Of a stretch of 64,000 nt of DNA, positions 57,718 to 64,000 are shown piece after piece; position 1 is the stretch's first letter, and the number at the start of each line of letters is the position of its first letter. Location: the IMG/VR virus record IMGVR_UViG_3300045988_140747; one strand, written 5' to 3'. This DNA comes from a virus. The notes beneath the pieces were generated by a model. The model searched no databases, was not told the origin of the DNA, and saw only the letters and a program-made list of their open reading frames with translations. The position numbers and the translations under genes are program-made.

Positions 57718-60700
57718 GTGGATAAGATGACACAAGAGGATCGCATCAAGCACTATGCGCATCTGATTCAGCGTCAGACTGGCAAGGCTGTGCGACCGTA
57801 CCGTGCTGACGGATACGTCAACATGGTTAACCGGTATGGCACATCGAAAGATTCGTCCGAGCAGTACAACTTCGTACCGGATGCGCCGGTTGCTGACGAT
57901 GTGCTTGAAATGCACTATGAAAACAACGGCCTGTTTTCCAAAATCATCGATATGCCGGCAGAGGAAGCCATCAAGCACGGCTTTACCATCGAAGACGTAG
58001 AGGACGGAAAGCTGGCTGACTTCTACAGCGAAGCTCTCGACGAACTCAACTGGGAAGAGAACGCCATGACCGCCGTTAAGTGGGCAAGACTGTTCGGCGG
58101 CTCCATTGCCATTATGCTTGTGAACGATGGTCGTGGGCTCGAGGAACCTCTCGATTGGAAGAACATTCAATCCATTGACGATATCCGAGTGTACGACAGA
58201 TCGCTCATTAGCCCTGACTACAGTAGCGTGTTCAACTACGATCCGCAGGATCCATTCCGAGTTCGCGGCAGTCGGCTTGGTATGCCCGAATACTATGATG
58301 TCTATAGCAAGTATGGATCATTCCGAGTACACGACAGCAGATGCCTTGTTTTCCAAAACGGCGTCCTGCCTGAAAATGCAACTAACTCCATCTACCAGTT
58401 TTGGGGAATCCCGGAGTACATCAGGCTGAACAAGGCCATCCGGGATGCGGACATTGCACACCGCAGCGCACCCAAGTTGCTGGAACGGTCTGTGCAGCCC
58501 ATCTATAAGATGAAGGATCTCGCGGCTGAGTTGGCTACAGAACAGGGCGAAGACCGCATTCTCAAACGTCTGCAGGTTATCGACACTGCACGAGGAATCC
58601 TCAACAGCCTTGTCATCGATGCCGATGGCGAAGACTATGACTTCAAGACGTTCCAGTACAACGGTATCACTGACGTTATCAGTGCATCCTGCAATATGCT
58701 CGCTGCCCTGTCCAATATTCCACAGATCATTCTGTTTGGGCAGACCATCAGCGGAATGAGCAGCACTGATGACACCAGCATGGAGAACTACTACAACTAC
58801 GTTGAGCGCATTCAGAAAAGGATGCTGCGGAGTAATCTCCGATATCTACTGTCTGTTGTTTTTCAAGCCGGCCTTGCAACCGGAGAGGTTGATGAAGTCC
58901 CAAAGCTGAAGGTTCAGTTCAATCCTCTGTGGTCTGTCAGCGATTCCGACCAAGCAACTCTGGATCAGCAGAAGGCCCAGACCGAGCAGATCAAGGCGCA
59001 GACTGCCCAGATCTATGTCGGTATGGAAGCCATTGATCCCAGCGAGGTTCGTTCCAAGCTTGCAGATAGCGATGACTTTGATGTCGAGAATATGCTTGAT
59101 GAGTATACTGAAGAGGAACTCGAAGCTGGAATGCCAAGCAATGATGAGAGCCAAGAGCAAACGCCTGATGATGGACAGCCTGCTACTCCTGATTCTCAAC
59201 CTACTGGAAATGATGAAAAAGCCGGACCTGGTCAGCTCCTGAACGAAAAGACTCTCTCTGCTGTTGGAAACAATGCAAAAGATCCTGCCACCATGGAGAC
59301 TAAGGTTAGCTCCGATCCTCATGAAAACAAGGAAGGCACTGAAGGTGATGCCCCTGCATCCGCCCCTGCTGCGACGAAAAAGCCTTCCGACATGGACCCT
59401 GAAGAAAAGGCCAAAGCTGCACAATCGCGCCAAAACAAGGCAAAAGACCGGGAGGACTCACTTCGTACCGATGACAACAATTCTCACTCCGAAGATCAAA
59501 AAGGCTCGGTGGGCGTTATTGTGGTCAATGGGGGCAGAGTCCTGAATGGTACTCGGCACAACGATTTTGGCTACGGCCTTGTCTGTGGCCCCGGCGGTCA
59601 CATTGAAGAAGGTGAAACTCCGGAACAGGCTGCATTCCGAGAGACCAAAGAAGAATTCGGTATTACGCCCAAAAGCCTTATGTGCCTTGGACAAGGGCCT
59701 AAAGAAAAAGATACCGGCCTGAAGCCGTACCTGTTCCTGTGCACCGAATACTACGGCACTCCGAACTGCGAAGATCTCGAGATGACCGGCGCCAAGTTCA
59801 GTACCATTGAGGAATTGAACGAAAAGGCCGAATCCTTGTTCGGCCCGTTCGCAGACGGCCTGAACATCCTGATGGACTGCCTTGAAACCGGCATCTTCTA
59901 TACAGACCCAGCGGAAGGCGTAACTGGCGAGAAACTGAATTCTCATCTGGAAAAGGCTATGAATGCCGATGGAGGTCAAGGATCTGGCAATTTTGGACAC
60001 GAAGGAAGGCCAGGAAAAGTAGGAGGAAGCGCCGAGTCGCACAACTTTGGAGGGCTCAAAAACAGCGAGCTTTCATCTAAGATGAATGGCGTGTTCGATG
60101 ATGCAAAGATAGGAACTCGCTTTTCCGTAAAGATGAACGGCGTTGCCGGAAAAGATGATTATGAAATCTATAAAGTTTCAGATGGATTCTACGTTCGGAG
60201 CAAAAAAGGCGGAAACGATATTGTCAAATCAGTTGACAAGCTCGTCGAGAATTGCGGTGTATACGTCACAAATCTGACCTCTGACAAGGTCATGTATAAG
60301 GAAGCCAACATTGAAGTTGGTGAACCCGAAACAGAAGAAGCACAAAGTTTTACTAGAGCATACGAATCTTGCAGAAAGGAAAGAGAGCGACTTGCATCTG
60401 GGAATTATAAAATCACTGAAGTTGATGATGCTACCGCAAAAAAGTATGCTGACACTTTGAACAAAGCAAGCAAGGCAAAAATCGCAAAACTTGCTATTGA
60501 TGACCCACAGTTCAAGGCTGTTGTTGATAACATTTCTGCGTATACACAGGGAGAATATGTATATCAGCGAAAAGCGACTGAAAAATTCATCAGCAACGGA
60601 TATGACCCATCTAACGATGCAATCCTCGGAGATCGACTTACCGATTCTTTGTATTTATGCAAAGACATGTACAAGGGACAAAATCTTTCCGTTTCCAGTG

Positions 60701-63700
60701 CAAGTGTAACGGAAGGCATGGCGAACTTGACAAAGGCTGTGAATTGCTCCGATCCGTTTGACGGAGAGCTGTACCGAGTTGCTCAGGACAGAAGCCTGAT
60801 GAAAACTGCAGACTCTGGAAACCAGGGAGTATACACTCCGCCAAAACCCGGAGAAACAATATCCATAGTTGCTCCTACTTCGTTCTCAAAGGACAAAGCG
60901 GCTATTGATAAGATTGCCAAAGATAAGTCCGGTGATATCATCTATTACACTGTTCAACCGGGTGCTCATGCCGTAGATGTATCAAAGCTGTCACCGTATA
61001 AGCAAGCTGAACTCCTTACCTGCGGAGAATATGAGGTTGTCAGTGTTGATTCCAAGCCTCAGAGAGTTGTTATGACTCAGATCGATCGTTTCACAAGTGA
61101 AACAATCGATTCGCTGAAGGCCAACAGAGGGGCAACAGTTGACGACGGTTTTGTTAAATTTCCAATCCTTGAAACTCATGTGACTCTTCGCCAGAAAGAA
61201 CCTATTCACATGGATTCTTGCGATGATAGCATCCACAGATACAGACCCGACGATTTTTCCGAACGGATGGTCTATGATGACGAGATTGATCTCGATGGTG
61301 GCCCAGGGTCTGGGAACTATGGGCACGAGGGCGTTCCGGGGCAAGTGGGCGGAAGCGCCCCTAGCACAAGCGGTCCGATTTCCAAAAGTAGCTTTCAGAA
61401 GGGCTCTGGTCACTTTGAAGTAACTGGTGACGTGAAAGATATGTATCTCACAAAGCCGGCAAGAACCAGAATTGAAGGGGCTATTAAAACGGTGAAAACC
61501 GCTAATGACCTCAAGAAATATCTTGAAAATCAAGGAATCAAGCTTGAAACGTCTTATGAACCACTCAAGAAAGCGATGGATAGAGAGATCCCGTCCATCA
61601 AGGAGCAGGCTGATTATGTGATTGCCGCTATTGAGCAGTACAAGGATCTCGGTGGGCTTAAAGCGCTTAAAGCGGTTCACATCTATGACCATGATATTGA
61701 TGCACAGGCGCAGTACAGCTATCGCGCAAAAGGGGAAGGTGATGTTCCAGACGAGGGACATTTGTATATCAGCTACATGGCTAATGGAGAGCAAATTATG
61801 CATGAGTTTGCTCACGCCTATGCTGACTCCACAAAGCCTGATGGAATGGATGTTGTCGAATGGTCAGCGAAGCTCAACCAAGAAGCAGGCCTTTCGAAAA
61901 ACGTAAAATCATACTTCGGCGCGGACAGCGATGCTAAAGAAGCTGAGCGTTTTGCCAATGCGATTGGGTACGCAATTGCGGATGGAGATGGACCGGATGG
62001 CCGACTTGCATTTGCTGCAAATGTTGCGAATATCGTAAGAAATTCCAATGGATCGTCCGCAGGAATGTCCGGCGGAAACCTTGCATTTAGAAGCATGATT
62101 CCGAAAGACAGCTACTTCAACTCTCCATCCTACAAGAAGGCTGTTGAAGCCTACCGCGGAGCCATCAGAAAGCATGACGATGCATGGAAGAAATATAGCG
62201 ACCTCAAGGAAGATCTCAAAGCAGAGTCCGCTCCGAAGCCTGAATCTGAATGGGATGATAACGACATCTTCGAAGATCTCATTGGCCATCGTCCCATGAC
62301 CTACACAGAAAAAGGCAAGAAGATCAAGTCTGAGATGGACAAAGCCTTCAAGGATTCACAGGAATATGACCATGAGCAGACCGAGACTGGCGACAAGCTT
62401 CGCGAGATCAAGAAAAAAGAGCATGACAAGCAGGTGAAGGGCATCCATTTCCAACCGCCTGCTGATGCCTCCTCCGATGATTATGAGGGCTTTACCACTA
62501 AGACCACCGGAACGTCCGCCTATGATGACTACATCAACGGAGAAAGGAACGGAGGCCGAATTGCAGAGATGTCCCCGGCGGAATATCTTCAAAGATGCGC
62601 CTATCAGGTCTTTGAAGATGCTACCATTGAGTCCACTCTGGCTGCTATCGATGAGTCCAACGTTAAGAAGTATGCCGATATGATGAAGAATGGCACAAAG
62701 TTTGACATGCCGTATCTCAATTTCATGTCTGGTCAGCAGGAAGGACGGCATCGAGCCGCTGCTGCCATGCAAGCTGGTATCGATAAGATCCCTGTGCTTG
62801 TGGTCGGAGAAAGGTTTGCCAAGTATGACGGAGGAAAAGGCTCTGGCAACTGGGGCCATGAAGGCCGAAAAGGGAAGCTCGGTGGATCGGCCCCCGGCGG
62901 AGGCGTGCACAACCGGATTTCCGAAGAGGGCGGATCCTACACCTCATTCTCAAAGAAGCAGAAGAAACTTGCCACAACGCACTTTGCCGGCAAGGGGGAA
63001 TTTCACAATCTCCCGGACAAGACTAAGATTGTTGCCGATCTTGTGTTTGGACCGTACTCTATGGTCTATAACGCCAAGCATGGCATGTTCATCGGCGAAG
63101 ACGGTGCCGAAATGAACCCGGATGATGTGACAGACGCTTGCGACAAAGACACTCCTGTTCGAGTGTTCATTCCGAATGAGGCGAGCACGAACTACAACAA
63201 GCTCAAGCAGTCCTTTGATGTTTCCCCGTCCAGAATGGCTGAAGCAAAAGCCTATTCACAGCCAAAGCAAGCCGACAAAGACCTCCGAAAGAAAACCGGA
63301 GAGGTGTGGAAAACGCTTACTGATGGTCAGAAAAAGTCACTTTATGATTATACCGGCGGCTTTTTTATGGACATCAACCACTCCCTGAGAAGTGGTCATG
63401 GAACTGTGCAGAACCAGTCCAAGGCCTCTGACATCACGACCGCCATAGCTAAGAGCAAAACTCAAGAGGATATGTGGCTGTATCGAGGAGTTGGCTTGGA
63501 GGCTGTTCCTAAGATGTTTGGTATTGACTGGGGAAAAATACAGAAGAATGACATTGGTTCTATTGTTGGAATGTCCGGCTCTGACGACGGCTTTATGTCG
63601 TGCGGTACAACTGCTGGCACTGGATATGGAGACGTAACCGATGTCAACATGAAGATTTTCGTTCCGAAGGGGTCTGAGGCTCTATACGCAGAGCCGTTCT

Positions 63701-63897
63701 CAAAGTATGGAAGCAACCCGGATGCCAAGAACTGGAACGGCGAAAGCGATCAGACCTATTTTTCCTCCGAAATGGAGACTATCTTGCAAAGAGGGTCTCA
63801 TTTCCAATGCACAAAAGCCTACTACGATGAGGACAAAAAGAAATACAGTATCGAAGTGGCTGTCACCGGACAAGAATACAAGGAGCTCAATTGGTGA
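57718..63897 (+). CDS. portal protein fused to a polyvalent cargo: Nudix, MuF-like/ART-fold, zincin metallopeptidase, ParB/Srx-like and C-terminal ADP-ribosyltransferase domains (2,059 aa)
   Basis: GTG 57718 lies 8 nt after AAGGAG (ATG 57727 is an alternative start). DUF1073-type portal region at about 57.7-59.1 kb. Nudix box GPGGHIEEGETPEQAAFRETKEEFGI (59587-59664). R / TSFS / QxE triad at 60775, 60877 and 61003. HEFAH at 61801-61815. EGRHRAAAA at 62740-62766. Terminal ART domain with YTGGFFMDINHSLR, LYRG (63484), FMSCGT (63598) and ExE (63769-63777). Confidence 0.8.
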   Translation: MDKMTQEDRIKHYAHLIQRQTGKAVRPYRADGYVNMVNRYGTSKDSSEQYNFVPDAPVADDVLEMHYENNGLFSKIIDMPAEEAIKHGFTIEDVEDGKLADFYSEALDELNWEENAMTAVKWARLFGGSIAIMLVNDGRGLEEPLDWKNIQSIDDIRVYDRSLISPDYSSVFNYDPQDPFRVRGSRLGMPEYYDVYSKYGSFRVHDSRCLVFQNGVLPENATNSIYQFWGIPEYIRLNKAIRDADIAHRSAPKLLERSVQPIYKMKDLAAELATEQGEDRILKRLQVIDTARGILNSLVIDADGEDYDFKTFQYNGITDVISASCNMLAALSNIPQIILFGQTISGMSSTDDTSMENYYNYVERIQKRMLRSNLRYLLSVVFQAGLATGEVDEVPKLKVQFNPLWSVSDSDQATLDQQKAQTEQIKAQTAQIYVGMEAIDPSEVRSKLADSDDFDVENMLDEYTEEELEAGMPSNDESQEQTPDDGQPATPDSQPTGNDEKAGPGQLLNEKTLSAVGNNAKDPATMETKVSSDPHENKEGTEGDAPASAPAATKKPSDMDPEEKAKAAQSRQNKAKDREDSLRTDDNNSHSEDQKGSVGVIVVNGGRVLNGTRHNDFGYGLVCGPGGHIEEGETPEQAAFRETKEEFGITPKSLMCLGQGPKEKDTGLKPYLFLCTEYYGTPNCEDLEMTGAKFSTIEELNEKAESLFGPFADGLNILMDCLETGIFYTDPAEGVTGEKLNSHLEKAMNADGGQGSGNFGHEGRPGKVGGSAESHNFGGLKNSELSSKMNGVFDDAKIGTRFSVKMNGVAGKDDYEIYKVSDGFYVRSKKGGNDIVKSVDKLVENCGVYVTNLTSDKVMYKEANIEVGEPETEEAQSFTRAYESCRKERERLASGNYKITEVDDATAKKYADTLNKASKAKIAKLAIDDPQFKAVVDNISAYTQGEYVYQRKATEKFISNGYDPSNDAILGDRLTDSLYLCKDMYKGQNLSVSSASVTEGMANLTKAVNCSDPFDGELYRVAQDRSLMKTADSGNQGVYTPPKPGETISIVAPTSFSKDKAAIDKIAKDKSGDIIYYTVQPGAHAVDVSKLSPYKQAELLTCGEYEVVSVDSKPQRVVMTQIDRFTSETIDSLKANRGATVDDGFVKFPILETHVTLRQKEPIHMDSCDDSIHRYRPDDFSERMVYDDEIDLDGGPGSGNYGHEGVPGQVGGSAPSTSGPISKSSFQKGSGHFEVTGDVKDMYLTKPARTRIEGAIKTVKTANDLKKYLENQGIKLETSYEPLKKAMDREIPSIKEQADYVIAAIEQYKDLGGLKALKAVHIYDHDIDAQAQYSYRAKGEGDVPDEGHLYISYMANGEQIMHEFAHAYADSTKPDGMDVVEWSAKLNQEAGLSKNVKSYFGADSDAKEAERFANAIGYAIADGDGPDGRLAFAANVANIVRNSNGSSAGMSGGNLAFRSMIPKDSYFNSPSYKKAVEAYRGAIRKHDDAWKKYSDLKEDLKAESAPKPESEWDDNDIFEDLIGHRPMTYTEKGKKIKSEMDKAFKDSQEYDHEQTETGDKLREIKKKEHDKQVKGIHFQPPADASSDDYEGFTTKTTGTSAYDDYINGERNGGRIAEMSPAEYLQRCAYQVFEDATIESTLAAIDESNVKKYADMMKNGTKFDMPYLNFMSGQQEGRHRAAAAMQAGIDKIPVLVVGERFAKYDGGKGSGNWGHEGRKGKLGGSAPGGGVHNRISEEGGSYTSFSKKQKKLATTHFAGKGEFHNLPDKTKIVADLVFGPYSMVYNAKHGMFIGEDGAEMNPDDVTDACDKDTPVRVFIPNEASTNYNKLKQSFDVSPSRMAEAKAYSQPKQADKDLRKKTGEVWKTLTDGQKKSLYDYTGGFFMDINHSLRSGHGTVQNQSKASDITTAIAKSKTQEDMWLYRGVGLEAVPKMFGIDWGKIQKNDIGSIVGMSGSDDGFMSCGTTAGTGYGDVTDVNMKIFVPKGSEALYAEPFSKYGSNPDAKNWNGESDQTYFSSEMETILQRGSHFQCTKAYYDEDKKKYSIEVAVTGQEYKELNW

Positions 63898-63928
63898 TTC
63901 TTGCAATATTCTGAAATGTTTGTTGTTA

Positions 63929-63958
63929 TTTGACAAAACAGAATGTATCTGTTACGAT
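63929..63958 (+). promoter_or_regulatory. conserved phage promoter cassette, copy 11
   Basis: TTGACA 63929-63934, 18-nt spacer, TGt + TACGAT 63953-63958. It is followed by TAGGAGGG and an ATG at 63996 that opens a gene running off the window. Confidence 0.55.
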
Positions 63959-64000
63959 ACGTTTGTAAAAAACATCATGTTCTAGGAGGGATAAAATGGC

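Noticed and set aside
1-64000. Prophage-host junctions, transposases, or a defence island of the host
   Set aside because: I saw no housekeeping or host-type genes, no IS or transposase, and no direct repeats flanking the lysogeny module. Gene style (RBS, packing, promoter family) is uniform across the window, so everything appears to belong to one phage genome.

Overview
The window reads as about 64 kb from the interior of a temperate tailed phage or prophage. The host looks Firmicutes/Clostridia-type, judging by the strong AGGAGG ribosome-binding sites and tightly packed, often overlapping (ATGA/TAATG) genes, nearly all on the + strand. Layout: (i) 1-26.2 kb holds about 60 mostly small ORFan genes, cut into short operons by a repeated promoter cassette. 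This block includes a RAMP-like protein, a MazF/PemK-like toxin, an ASCH protein and a P-loop kinase-like/RtcB pair. (ii) 26.6-29.4 kb is the only minus-strand block: a large serine recombinase, an unknown gene and an XRE repressor facing a Cro-like gene. (iii) 29.5-40.2 kb is the early replication/recombination module (SLT, PD-(D/E)XK nuclease, RecT, replication organiser, DnaC-like loader, RusA, HNH-like, SSB, dUTPase, sigma-like activator). (iv) 40.2-50.1 kb holds small accessory genes (two Lar-like, an orphan HicB-like, several DUF551-like) mixed with five tRNAs, a tRNA-like element and a ~650 nt highly structured non-coding stretch, then ThyX. (v) 50.1-55.6 kb is an aminosugar-type modification cluster. 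(vi) 55.6-64 kb is the packaging module: a candidate small terminase, a frame-disrupted large terminase, and a ~2,060 aa portal fused to Nudix, MuF-like, zincin, ParB-like and ADP-ribosyltransferase domains. I saw no host genes, CRISPR array or transposase. All domain calls rest on motif recognition by eye, not on searches.
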